Source of the DNA: Macrostomum hystrix
Taxonomy: Eukaryota; Animalia; Platyhelminthes
Reading direction: 5' to 3'
Assembly: GCA_950097015.1 (NCBI GenBank)
Contig: CATNEN010000039.1
Location: forward strand, 10,292,001 to 10,356,000
Length of the DNA: 64,000 bases
How positions within the stretch are numbered: the stretch's first letter is position 1; each line of letters starts with the position of its first letter. The notes under the pieces were generated by a model that was given only the letters and a program-made list of their open reading frames with translations, was not told the DNA's origin and did no database searches. Of the stretch, positions 49,246-61,615 are shown one piece after another. The position numbers and the translations under genes are program-made.

Positions 49246-52090
49246 ATGTCTCTATCAACTTGCCGCCGCTTGCTCACGCCAGTCGCGGCTACGCTTCGCC
49301 GCTATTATTCGCCAATGTCCGACGTGCCGCGGAATCGGGTAGCCATTTTGGGCGCCTGCGGCGGACTTGGCCAACCGTTGGCGCTGATGCTGAAGCGCTC
49401 AGCGTTTGTAGCCGAGTTGGCACTCTACGACAAGGTGGACACTCGCGGACTGTGCGCGGACCTCAGCCACATCTCCACCAAGGCTGTAGTCAGCGGCTAC
49501 CGAGGCAGCGACCAGCTCGCTGACTGTCTCACCGGCTGCAGTGTGGTAGTTATGTTGGCGGGCATTCGCAGGTGAGCTTACTTGCGTGTGTCAAAAGTAC
49601 GTTTCCTGCACCCATGCCATCATTAGCCAACTGCCAACTTCCCCCTCAGTTATTGGGTGACTACTGCTAAATCCTCTCAGTTATTGGGTAGACTACTGCT
49701 AAATCCTCTCAGTTATTGGATGACTACTGCTAAATCCTCTCAGTTATTGGGTGACTACTGCTAAATCCTCTCAGTTATTGGGTAGACTACTGCTAAATCC
49801 TCTCAGTTATTGGGTGACTACTGCTAAATCCTCTCAGTTATTGGGTAGACTACTGCTAAATCCTCTCAGTTATTGGGTGACTACTGCTAAATCCTCTCAG
49901 TTATTGGGTAGACTACTGCTAAATCCTCTCAGTTATTGGGTAGACTACTGCTAAATCCTCTCAGTTATTGGGTAGACTACTGCTAAATCCTCTCAGTTAT
50001 TGGGTAGACTACTGCTAAATCCTCTCAGTTATTGGGTAGACTACTACTAATTCCCCTCAGTTATTGGGTAGACTACTGCTAAACCCTCTCAGTTATTGGG
50101 TAGACTACTACTAATTCCTCTCAGTTATTGGGTAGACTACTACTAATTCCTCTCAGTTATTGGGTAGACTACTACTAATTCCCCTCAGTTATTGGGTAGA
50201 CTACTCATAATTCCCCTCAGTTATTGGGTAGGCTACTCATAATTCCCCTCAGTTATTGGGTAGGCTACTCATAATTCCCCTCAGTTATTGGGTAGGCTAC
50301 TGGCTGGGTAAACGGCAGGTGTAACTATGTTATTGTATGCATACCGTAGCTACTCGTCATCTTATTGGCAATCAGTCTAACCTGCTTTCATTCGCCGCGC
50401 AGGCAGCCGGGCATGCATCGGGACAGCCTATTCGAGCAGAACGCTACCATTGTGGCGGAGCTAACCGATGCAGTTGCCCAGTACTGCCCGGAGGCGCAGC
50501 TGTGCCTGCTCACAAATCCCATCAACAGCAATGTGCCGCTGGCGGCAGAGATTCTCAAACGGCACAGTGTGCACGATCCGCGACGCCTCTACGGCATCAC
50601 GACTGTCGACTCGGTGCGGGCCAACGTGTTCTACGCCCGGCTGACTGGGCACCCGTTGGACAAGGTGCGGTTTTTGCAAGGTCCATTGTGCAGTGCATTG
50701 TGCAGGACTTGTGCATTGGAACCCCGACGTGGCTACTAATATTAGCCTCTAAATCATATTGCCTCCTTTTCTTTTATTCTTTTTCTCTTATTATTTTTCT
50801 GCTCTTTATCACCCATTCACCTGACTCTTTATCCCCATCCGCCCATTATCCCATCCATCCATTATCCCCATCCGCCCGTTATACCCAATCACCAATTATC
50901 CCCAACCGCACATTATGCCTATCCGCCCAAAATCCCACCTTACGCGATATCTCACCTATCCCACTATCCCACCCGTCGCACTATCCCACCTGTCGCAATA
51001 TCCCACATGTCGCAATATCCCAAATGTCCCACCAACCTACCTGTCCCACTATCCCACCCGTCGCACTATCCCACCTGTCGCAATATCCCACCTGTCGCAA
51101 TATCCCACATGTCCCACCATCCCACCTGTCCCAATATCCCACCTGTCTCAATATCCCACCTGTCGCAATATCCCACATGTCCCACTATCCCACCTGTCCC
51201 ACTATCCTACCTGTCCCAATATCCCACCCGTCCCACTATCCCACCCTTCCCAATATCCCACCTGTCCCAATATCCCACATGTCCCACTATCCCACCCTTC
51301 CCAATATCCCACCTGTCCCAATATCCCACATGTCCCACTATCCCACCTGTCCCACTATCCTACCTGTCCGAATATCCCACCCGTCCCACTATCCCACCCG
51401 TGCCACTATCCCACCTGCCCCAATATCCCACCTGTCCCACTATGCCACCTGTCCTAATATCCCACCTGTCCCAATATCCCACCTGTCCCAATATCCCACC
51501 TGTCCGATTATACCACCTGTCTCGTTTCTGTCCCTATCCTTAAATTATCCTCTTCTGTAGGTTTGCTACAGAAAAAAAACACTTAATCCCCTATTTTCAT
51601 CATATTTCTCCATCATTTTACTCCCCTGTTTTTCTAGGTGCACGTCCCAGTTCTGGGCGGCCACAGCGGCCACAGCCTGGTGCCAGCCTTCAGCCAGGCC
51701 CAGCCGCCCAGCCGCCTGTCCACTGACGATGTTCGCGGCCTAACGGAGGCCGTACGCGGCGCAGCCGACGCGGTTGTCGCTGTTAAAGCCGGCGGCGGCT
51801 CGGCGACGCTCTCGGTGGCTGCGGCGGCGCACCGCTTTGTCCACTCGATTCTGTTGGCCCTGGACGGCCGGCAGAACATTGTGGAATCGGCCTTTGTTGA
51901 GTCCTCCGCCAGCCCCGAGGTGCCATTCTTCTCCAGTCCGCTGCTGCTTGGCCAGGAGGGCGTCGAGCGAAACCTGGGCATCGGCCAGCTCTCCGACTAC
52001 GAGGCCGAGCTGCTGAAGGCGGCCCTGGCGGAGCTGCGCGGTCAGATTCAGAAGGGCCAGGCATTCGGCCGCTCCTGGAACAAGACCTGA
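49246..52090 (+). CDS. MDH2: Mitochondrial malate dehydrogenase, divergent; exons 49246-49571, 50403-50664, 51638-52090
   Basis: Arg-rich transit peptide, VAILGACGGLGQPL, AGIRRQPGMHRDSLF, TNPINS, GITTVDSVRA, VLGGHSG, KAGGGSATLS. Phases fit. Confidence 0.92.
49642..50300. repeat. 31-32-bp minisatellite in MDH intron 1
   Basis: CTCAGTTATTGGGTAGACTACTGCTAAATCCT units. Confidence 0.95.
50955..51520. repeat. 17-bp minisatellite (ATCCCACCTGTCCCAAT) in MDH intron 2
   Basis: Seen directly. Confidence 0.92.
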
Positions 52091-52199
52091 GTCAGCGGAA
52101 GACGAACTGCTGTCCAAATTCTTAACCTTTGTTACTGGATCACATCTAGCTCGATTGCTTTAATCTTCCCACCCTAGCGGTCCTAGTCCCCTGAAATCC

Positions 52200-52672
52200 T
52201 CTGAATCCCATCTCCTATTCCCTTGAATCCCATTTCCCCTCACTGAATCCCATCTCCCAATTCCTCGAATCCCATCTCCCCGATTCCCTTAAATTCAAAC
52301 TCCCCAATTCCCTAAATCCCATCTCCCCGATTCCCTAAATCCCATCTCCCCGATTCCCTAAATCCCATCTCCCCGATTCCCTAAATCCCATCTCCCCGAT
52401 TCCCTAAATCCCATCTCCCCAATCCCTAAATCCCATCTCTCCGATTCCCTAAATCCCATCTCCCCGATTCCCTAAATCCCATCTCCCCAATTCCCTAAAT
52501 CCCAACTACCCAATCCCTAAATCCCATCTATCCAATTCCCTGAATCCCAACTCCCCAATTCCCTAAATCCCATCTCCCCGATTCCCTAAATCCCATCTCC
52601 CCAATTCCCTAAATCCCAACTCCCCAATCCCTAAATCCCATCTCCCCAATTCCCTGAATCCCAAAATCCCTG
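52200..52672. repeat. 23-bp minisatellite (ATCTCCCCGATTCCCTAAATCCC) just 3' of the MDH stop
   Basis: Seen directly. Confidence 0.92.
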
Positions 52673-54521
52673 AAACCCTGATTCAGCTTGAAGCTGTGTT
52701 TGCAGGCTTGCTTCAAGCGGCAACACACTTTATTGGAATTCTTTGGTCTGTGTGTCATCTGAGGTTATTCAAATTGTCTCATTGCTGTTGTTTTCTCTTA
52801 TTTTTTCGAATTTTACATTTTTTATTGCTTCTTCTTCTGCTGCTGCTGCTGTGTTGAACTTTTGCAAATGCAAGTAGCCCTTTTAATAGTTCAAGTTATA
52901 GTCTCTTTATTATCTTTGATTTATTATTGTATTGAACAATATTACCCGGCACAGTCCAAAATGATTTCCCGAGTCTTATCTGTTAAAATGTGAGTTTCGA
53001 ATCTGAGATGATGCATTAAATTGGCTTCGTAATAATCTGTATTTAATGGTTATTTTTGATCAGTTTTTCTCAGCAAATACGAGATGTCATTCAACTCGTA
53101 TCAAGATGTCATTCAACCCTATTTTGTTCACACTCTACCGTGTTTCATTGTCATCATATTGGCCATTGTTGTTTAATTATGGCGAAACCAACTCAGATTT
53201 TTTTCAACTACATTTAGTGTTCATTTGGCCACTTTCACCCAGCATGCTACTATCGGGAGGCCTAGTAAGTAGCTAGACGCGAATTTTATTCAGTGTTTTA
53301 GAAATCATTGACTAGTTTTGAGCTTCAGCCGTTATTATAAAGATGTTTGAATGTCGGCAAATTGCAACACGTGTTATACAGTATAGAATATATTTGTCAT
53401 TAAACCAGAATCATCATTTCTTCTGATTTCAAGTTGTGTTTTAGTCTTCTCTAGGGACTCGCAAGGCTTACCGGTACAGGTAAAATATACTCATATGCGA
53501 CTGAGAATTTGGAATGTTCAGGTGTCGCAGTATTCAACACGGTGATTAACAATAGTTCTTAAAAACTGCTTCTGTGCCTACTGTTATAGGGCTGACTGGT
53601 GCAACATTGACTTTCGTCTTTCGTTGATCTCAAGCTAAATTTCAAACGAAGGACCACTAGAAGAAGTACGTTGAAAAACTTACACTCCGTGTTAAAATAA
53701 CTTCTTGAGGTGAGAAAGTTTTAACAAAAGTATTCTCTACAAGTATCATTCAAGGAATTAAGTTCTTCAAAAGTTGGTTGATGAAAGAAATAAAATATGG
53801 GGAGCAAAATGAACTTTTGTCCTCCAGAAGAGGGCAAGAGGTTTAGTAGTGAACAGGAGCCCGTTAAGCAACTGATAACAGCTATGCCCAAGGTTAAGAT
53901 TGAATAAGCAGCAAAGAACACAAAAGGTTGTAATACTTCATTAGTTGCTAGTCGTTAAATAGCGAATTTATGTCCAGAAACCGGATTTCAGGCTGAGCGA
54001 CCCAGGCCACCACTAACAGTAGTAAGACCACACTTTTTACGCGTACCTTACAGATCTTCTTCCTGTCTAAAATTGCTCGTATATATTAGGTTTCCTTGGG
54101 GTTGCGGACATGATTATACAAAAAGCGTCAAATAAACAAAATATTTAATTCTACGGTAGCGTTACGTTTCTAAGAAATACAAAATTTAAATGTAAGAAAT
54201 ATGGCATTAATCGCAGCTATTACAATATCTCTAATCAATTGACAATTTCATAATTTCATAAATGCTTGTGTGGCAAAGTATCTCGTTAATAAACATTCTC
54301 TATTGTAAATAGAGAATTATTGTAAACTGACGTTTTAATATATTTACAATAATGCATAGAAGAATATACAATATAAAATGGCAATATGAGGAAGGCAATT
54401 TATTTAATTAGAAGCACGGAAATAATAAGTTGCTCGCTCAAATGATTTTTGAGTTGCAACTAAAGTCATCGTTTCTTGAGTCATCTGTCAATTCTTGCCG
54501 CCAGTCCAACGGATGGCAAAG

Positions 54522-55276
54522 TTAATTGCCTCTCATCTCCAGTGACAAAGGCGCTTTATCCACAGCTGAACTGTACAGATATTGAACGACTGGCGAGGCT
54601 GACAGTACTTCTAGAACGTTTGGCTGATCAGCTGGTAGATCGTGAATGATCCTGATGATGTCTCCTGGTTTCGCTAGTTTCGGTTCTTTATTATATGCGA
54701 CTGTTTTCAGCCAAGCCAAGGCGACCTCATTTTTAGAGAATCCGAAGGACTCCTGACTGGGAAACCAGCTCACTGACTGGGTCTCTGAGAGCAGCTAAAA
54801 GTCTCCTAATTAGCTGTTCGTATCTTCCAGCTTGGCTGCCGATTTCGACATCCTGACACGCGGCTCTGGGTGTCCATTGAAGAATTCGCTGCAACCGCAG
54901 CAGCGAACAGCCCGATTGTCCTCGGTTTGAGTGCCACTCCGAGGGGTCTCCAGGCGCGAGTCGCTCGATTGTTTTGCCGTGCCGCAGTGGCAGCAGCTGG
55001 CGCCGTTGGGTCAAATCCGCTCTCCGCCCATCTTAGGGAGATGGTATCGTCAATACGGCCTCGGAAGGACATCACGCGGTTCTTGAAGCTTAGCTGATCA
55101 ATTCGAAACGACGAACCAAAAATAACGAGCAGGGTTTGTGCGATGTAGTTCCTAAATTCCGCGCTGCCAAGCGTCCAGTGTGTTTTCAGACTATCCTGTA
55201 GCCTATCTGGCAGCAGGTCGAAGCTCACTGGCAGTTCATTTGGATCGCACAGTGTTTCCATGATCAGAAATCTCAT
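54522..55276 (-). pseudogene. Coding-like region of unknown family split over 2-3 frames (orphan gene with intron, or pseudogene)
   Basis: GC-elevated ~750-bp island with AAAATG start at 55276; ORFs 54806-55276, 54733-55014 and 54522-54773; possible acceptor TTTTAG near 54795. No family recognised. Confidence 0.35.
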
Positions 55277-55468
55277 TTTGAGAAAATTAAAAAGCTTTGA
55301 TCTATTACCTCTAATCTCCCCTCCTCACGAGAGAGGGGAGATTGGAGGGGAGATTGGGGCCATTGGAGATCGAGTCAGGCGTAGTAATCTTTATAGAAAA
55401 GAGTGAATTTAATCTAAACACCGCTAGACCAAAAGACAAGCTCACGGAAGATAAAGATTACATAGCCC

Positions 55469-56537
55469 ACCAGAGTTTCAATCATGGCAAAACCAGAGTT
55501 TGAATCATAGCCAACCAGAGTTTGAATCATGGCAAAACCAGAGTTTGAATCATGGCAAAACCAGAGTTTCAATCATGGCTAAACCAGAGTTTCAATCATG
55601 GCTAAACCAGAGTTTCAATCATGGCTAAACCAGCGTTTGAATCATGGCTAAACCAGAGTTTGAATCATGGCTAAACCAGAGTTTGAATCATGGCTAAACC
55701 AGCGTTTGAATCATGGCTAAACCAGAGTTTGAATCATGGCTAAACCAGAGTTTGAATCATAGCCAACCAGAGTTTGAATCATGGCAAAACCAGAGTTTCA
55801 ATCATGGCAAAACCAGAGTTTCAATCATGGCTAAACCAGAGTTTGAATCATGGCAAAACCAGAGTTTGAATCATGGCTAAACCAGAGTTTGAATCATGGC
55901 TAAACCAGAGTTTGAATCATGGCTAAACCAGAGTTTGAATCATGGCTAAACCAGAGTTTGAATCATGGCTAAACCAGAGTTTGAATCATGGCTAAACCAG
56001 AGTTTGAATCATGGCTAAACCAGAGTTTGAATCATAGCCAACCAGAGTTTGAATCATGGCAAAACCCGAGTTTCAATCATGGCAAAACCAGAGTTTGAAT
56101 CATAGCCAACCAGAGTTTGAATCATGGCAAAACCAGAGTTTCAATCATGGCAAAACCAGAGTTTGAATCATGGCAAAACCCGAGTTTCAATCATGGCAAA
56201 ACCAGAGTTTGAATCATAGCCAACCAGAGTTTGAATCATGGCAAAACCAGAGTTTCAATCATGGCAAAACCAGAGTTTGAATCATGGCTAAACCAGAGTT
56301 TGAATCATGGCAAAACCAGAGTTTGAATCATGGCTAAACCAGAGTTTGAATCATGGCTAAACCAGAGTTTGAATCATGGCTAAACCAGAGTTTCAATCAT
56401 GGCTAAACCAGAGTTTCAATCATGGCTAAACCAGAGTTTCAATCATGGCTAAACCAGCGTTTGAATCATGGCTAAACCAGAGTTTAAATCATGGCTAAAC
56501 CAGAGTTTCAATCATGGCAAAACCAGAGTTTCAATCA
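55469..56537. repeat. 23-bp minisatellite (GGCTAAACCAGAGTTTGAATCAT)
   Basis: Seen directly. Confidence 0.96.
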
Positions 56538-56687
56538 ATTTTTCTTTTGTCATTGATCTGAATTCTCTACATTTTGATTTTGTTATCTTATAACGTCATA
56601 ATGATATATATTTGTATGATAGTAATTTTGCCGAATATTCATTAAATTAACTTGTTCTTCTCAATTTTATACAAAAGCAGCTGGAGA

Positions 56688-57625
56688 ACATTGTCAACTG
56701 GGGGTCATCATAAAATGGGCGATCATGGTCAACTAGGGGATCATTGTCAACTGGGTGATCATTGTCAACTGGGTGATCATTGTCAACTGGGGGATCATTG
56801 TCAACTGGGGGATCATTGTCAACTGGGTGATCATTGTCAATTGGGTGAACATTGTCAACTGGGGGATCATTGTCAACTGGGGGATCATGGTCAACTGAGG
56901 GGATCATTGTCAACTGAGGGATCATGGTCAACTGGGGGAACATTGTCAACTGGGGGATCATTGTCAACTGGGTGATCATTGTCAACTGGGGGATCATTGT
57001 CAACTGGGTGATCATTGTCAACTGGGGGATCATTGTCAACTGGGTGATCATTGTCAATTGGGTGAACATTGTCAACTGGGGGATCATTGTCAACTGGGGG
57101 ATCATGGTCAACTGAGGGGATCATTGTCAACTGAGGGATCATGGTCAACTGGGGGAACATTGTCAACTGGGGGATCATTGTCAACCGGGGGATCATTGTC
57201 AACCGGGGGATCATTGTCAACCGGGGGATCATTGTCAACTGGGTGATCATTGTCAACTGGGGGATCATTGTCAACTGGGTGATCATTGTCAATTGGGTGA
57301 ACATTGTCAACTGGGGGATCATTGTCAACTGGGGGATCATGGTCAACTGAGGGGATCATTGTCAACTGGGTGATCATTGTCAATTGGGTGAACATTGTCA
57401 ACTGGGGGATCATTGTCAACTGGGGGATCATGGTCAACTGAGGGGATCATTGTCAACTGAGGGATCATGGTCAACTGGGGGAACATTGTCAACTGGGGGA
57501 TCATTGTCAACTGGGTGATCATTGTCAACTGGGGGATCATTGTCAACTGGGTGATCATTGTCAACTGGGGGATCATTGTCAACTGGGTGATCATTGTCAA
57601 CCGGGGGATCATTGTCAACCGGGGG
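56688..57625. repeat. 18-bp minisatellite (GTCAACTGGGGGATCATT)
   Basis: Seen directly. Confidence 0.96.
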
Positions 57626-57865
57626 AACGACCAAGGGGAATTTCAAATTTCCACTGCCACTGTCTACTTCACGGTAGCTCCCAAACCGAATGACCAATTT
57701 CTGTCCACCCAGCACATGGATCAGCATTTTCCGCCCTTTACGATTAACTAAGTTTCAAGGCCGTCCGAGTAAGCATCGTCGAGATATTCAGCGATTCTTG
57801 TCGAAGAACCTGGTGACAAAGACGACTGTAGCATTGCTCTGTATAAGCTTCTATGGCGAATCCAT
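57625..57865 (+). mobile_element. Family C left-end fragment
   Basis: GAACGACCAAGGGGAA TIR-like start; body matches 60245-60430. Confidence 0.6.
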
Positions 57866-58293
57866 ATGGACTCAATGATCTAGTAATTAACGATATAATC
57901 AATACAAACTAATCAAAAATTATTTTATTATCGGAACGATGATAGCCGACATCGTTCAATGATGAAATTTTGTGATCCATGCAAGTATTGGTGTTTTTGC
58001 CACCAGCCACCCAACGATAATCGTTGAATATCTCGACGATGTGGATGTTTTGCGATTCTGGAAGTTGTTTAGTTGAATAGAGTGGAAAATGCAACCCATA
58101 TTCTTTCGCTATGAACTTTAGGAGATACAGGAAAAAAAGAGAAATGTTGGTATTTGAAATATCCATGAGGTCTTTCTACTCAAATTAAATGTGTCAAAGT
58201 TCAGATCAGTTTTAATTCATAAAATTGCACTTTCAATTTCGCAATTTGTTTTAAAAAAGTTCTTGGATAATTAGATTAGCTCCAATAGTGCAA

Positions 58294-59082
58294 TTAGGGC
58301 AGGTAGAACGGATCCCAGCACTGGCAGACGATGGGAAAACTGCTGCTCCAAGGGTAGTCTGACAGCTTGCGCTGGAGCAGCACTCCGACATTCTCGGCGC
58401 CTCCGTTGTTGTTGGGCTGACCGGGCTCCCAGACGGCCGGCTGCACTGGCAGTCCGGTGCACGGGTGCCAGTGCCAGCCGCCTGCGGGCTCCGTGGAGTT
58501 CGCCAGCTGGAATGCGCCAGTCCAAACCGGCGCACCGCTCGGCCCGCCGTAGGCAGTGGACACGGCTTCGATGTCCTCGACGGTGTCCAGCTGGGCTGGA
58601 CGGGTCAGGTCGCCGTCGGCCAGGCATCGAGCAGCCTGATCGGCCCAGAGTCCAGTGGATGGGTAGAATCTGTAGCGGTTGCCCCGATAGCCACCTGTGG
58701 CGTTGCCAGCTCGGTAGTCGGCCGGGCAGTTGGCTCCGGATCTGACGAAGACCGTGACGTTGATCGCGTCGGGTGACGACGTAGCGGCGGTGCAGTTCGG
58801 CTTTCGAACGGCCCCGCCGCAGCGGCTCCAGGCGTAGAGGCTGCACAGCTGGGCGGCGACGCTGAAGGCGCGACAGCCAGTCTGGCTGGCGCAGGTCAGG
58901 GCGCAGTTGTACTGGTCGGCTTCGGCTGACAGTCCGGCTGGTCGGTTCAACCGTCTGGTGTAATCGGCGGCCACGCAGAGCAACGGGAGGCGTATCGGCT
59001 TGTAGTTAATGGCGTTCTCACGGCAGCCCGTTGCTATGGCAACCGCGCATTGCAATAGCAAGATTTCCAGAAACAGTGTCAT
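58294..59082 (-). CDS. Secreted PAN/apple-like + C-type lectin domain protein, intronless, 262 aa
   Basis: Signal peptide; CALTCASQTGCRAFS...CSLY (PAN pattern); CPADY, VWTGA, WEPGQPNN, EN, D, IVCQ (CTLD pattern). Confidence 0.8.
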   Translation of the reverse strand: MTLFLEILLLQCAVAIATGCRENAINYKPIRLPLLCVAADYTRRLNRPAGLSAEADQYNCALTCASQTGCRAFSVAAQLCSLYAWSRCGGAVRKPNCTAATSSPDAINVTVFVRSGANCPADYRAGNATGGYRGNRYRFYPSTGLWADQAARCLADGDLTRPAQLDTVEDIEAVSTAYGGPSGAPVWTGAFQLANSTEPAGGWHWHPCTGLPVQPAVWEPGQPNNNGGAENVGVLLQRKLSDYPWSSSFPIVCQCWDPFYLP

Positions 59083-59711
59083 AGATGGGGTGATTACGGT
59101 CGTCCGAATGCGATTTCTAGCTCGTATTTAAATTTCGATTCAGTATTTATCTTGAATTATGAAAAATATTTTATCACAGCGTGACTGCACCCATTTATCC
59201 TCTAGTTTGCTGCTTTTTTATGTAGAAATAGATGGTGCGTAGAGCTACCTAGCAGCGAACGTCGTTCATTGTATTGGCAACCTGCTGCAGCAGTAGAATA
59301 GGCAAGAGAAGCTGATGCAAGTAGAAGTTGAGAACCATCCTGGATGGATGCGGCTATAGACAGGGGAGAGCTGACAGTATTCTACAGTTACAATAGCGAA
59401 AGCTTGCAATTGTCACCTGAAAACTGTTCCACTAGAAGAGAGTGGAGAGAGCTGCTGCTGCGTGTGTGGATTCATGAAACCTGCCAGCGGCCTGTTTGCC
59501 TTTGGTACCTCTGTGTTTGAGAACCCAGTTAAAACCGCTTTTTTCACTGCAGCCCAATGGGCTTGCATGGTTGTGGTGGCTTAATTCTTTCAGAGCTAAG
59601 CTGCCTGCATAGAACCTATAGGCTCCGGCATAGCCATCATGTTGCTAGAGTTCATTCCTATTTTGAATGTTTTGTAAGTTTAGTGTGGGATGAATACACG
59701 ATGATAACTAT

Positions 59712-59975
59712 ATAATATTTTCAGGAGGCCTGCTGGCACTGGCACACCACTTGGTGACACTAGACCCGCAGCCAGCGATTTCGCTGACCTCTGAGCACAC
59801 ACGCACGTAGGTGTGTACATCTGCCCTGAAATTCGCATCCACCGCGTGGTACATTTTGCGACAAGCCTCTGAGCCATCTCTTCGGCTGCGTCCTACATGA
59901 ATGTGGCCTCGCCGCGGAATCGAGCTCAGGGACCTTGATGCGAGAGGCCAGCGCGTCTGCTCTGCCACTCAACCC
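59712..59975 (-). mobile_element. SINE family A, internally deleted
   Basis: Reverse-complement match to head and tail. Confidence 0.8.
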
Positions 59976-60214
59976 TCTTCGAAAAAAATTTGGCAAACTT
60001 TGCTGCAAAGAATCTACTGGGCAAACATGCAGTGCCGTCCGACACAAAAATTATGCAAAAATGGTTGAAAACGGTTTACGGATATTTCAGAAAATCTGTT
60101 TATCATTCACCAATAATTATATAAATAGGAAAAAAATTTTGCTAAAATTTGGCACTTGTAACAGATGCGCGGTCTGCCCTTCTAGCTTAACAGTAGAATG
60201 GCTTTTTTACAAAA

Positions 60215-60432
60215 GAAAAACCAAGGTTCTTCTCCCAAGGTTTCTCCAAAACCGAATGACCGATGTTTGTGAAAGTCCACCACCTGGATCAAAATAGTTC
60301 ACCCTTTACAATGAACCAACTTTCAAAGCCGTCCGACGTCAGCATCGTCGGGATATTCAGCGATTCTTGTCGAAGACCCTGGTGGCAAGGACAACTAGCA
60401 GTAGTCTGTGTGAACCTCTATGGCCAATCCTT
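60215..60432 (+). mobile_element. Family C left-end fragment
   Basis: Direct repeat of 57680-57865. Confidence 0.65.
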
Positions 60433-60729
60433 AATGTTTAGTCATTGTGGAAGTTGATTCATTGGATAGAGCGGACTTTTAGGGCAATTGGTAGAATATT
60501 TGTGGCCTCTCACAAATCCGGGGGGGGCAATGTCGAGGCAGCTCAATCGCACACCCTTGAGTAGCATGTTTAAGGAAAGCAGAAAACACCAGACGCACGC
60601 TCCAAAACGAATTACGCTAGGCTTCGTCTAACCTTCTAGTAACTTAATGAAAGCGTGAAAAACGTTTGCCTTTTCATAAACTGCAAACTGCAGTCGTTAC
60701 AGGTCTTAAAGCGACAGTTTGGCACTGAT

Positions 60730-61460
60730 TCAGTTCGCAGCAGCTAGCAATTGTCTCAGCCCAGTGGCCAAATCAAAGCGTCCAACAAAGACCTCGGCCT
60801 GGTCCGCCATCTCCCGGTCCCACTCCCTCTGCATTTCCAACAGCAGCTCCTGGCGAGTGAACTTCTGGCGAAAGCGGATGAACTTTCTGGCGATGCAGAG
60901 CAGCACTTTGGTGTCGCTGAAGCCTAGCCGGCGCACAGTGTCCGCCGAATCGCTGCGCAGTTCGTCGGACAGGATCCGCAGCAGCTGGTTGTGGTCCTGC
61001 CTTGTGTAGGACGCGGGGAAGTTGGGCGGTCGCGGGCTCGACCTCCGCAGCCAGTCCAGGCCTCGAGAGCTCTTCAAGAAGAAGCACAGCGGACTGAACT
61101 TGGCGTGCTCCAGCTCTGGCGAGTCTCCAGCGTCCCAGTCTCTGAGGCCCAGGTCGCAGAAGAAGCACTTCACGTGGTCGGCCTCGTCCATGTAGTAGAA
61201 GCCGCTCTCCGTCAGCTCCTCCGCCGACTGAGTCCGGCCCTGACGCTTCCAGACGTCGTCTCGCTCGAAGGATCGGAGTCGGCAGTCCCTGCTGACGAAT
61301 TGGGGACTCGCCGCGCTGGACATGAGGTAAACCACGGCCGTCAGCGCCTCGTAGACGTCCGAGACTGAGGCTGAGCGAGCCAGCGGTGACAGGCGGCTGC
61401 TCAGCGTACTCGAGATGTAGCTGAGCGCGGCGCTTATGTCCTCTGAACCGTCTGTTTTGG
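60730..61460 (-). CDS. IAP-like protein: one BIR domain + UBA-like domain, no RING; 5' end unresolved
   Basis: RLRSF...GFYY...VKCFFCDLGLRDWDAGDSPELEHAKFSPLC (CX2CX16HX6C), then VRRLGFSDTKV...ELLLEM. In-frame stop just upstream of 61503; first ATG at 61323, otherwise upstream exon(s) are needed. Confidence 0.82.
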
Positions 61461-61615
61461 CTTCTAGTTCAACGCAAGGATGATCTCTTAACGTGTGCGC
61501 CACAGTGTTTTATCGAAGTACAAGCTACAATACTAATAGCTTCATATGAATACTTAACCCAAGGGTGATACCTATTAAAATCTGCTAATTTCTCCATCGT
61601 GTTACTAAAATTTAC

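Noticed and set aside
50337-51560. 407-aa ORF overlapping MDH, plus repeat ORFs at 27700-29392, 33713-34516 and 56647-57751
   Set aside because: Off-frame or intronic minisatellite translations.
52310-52672. Telomere-like CCCTAA(A) motifs here and in 41875-47382
   Set aside because: Isolated hexamers within longer units, not tandem telomeric repeats.
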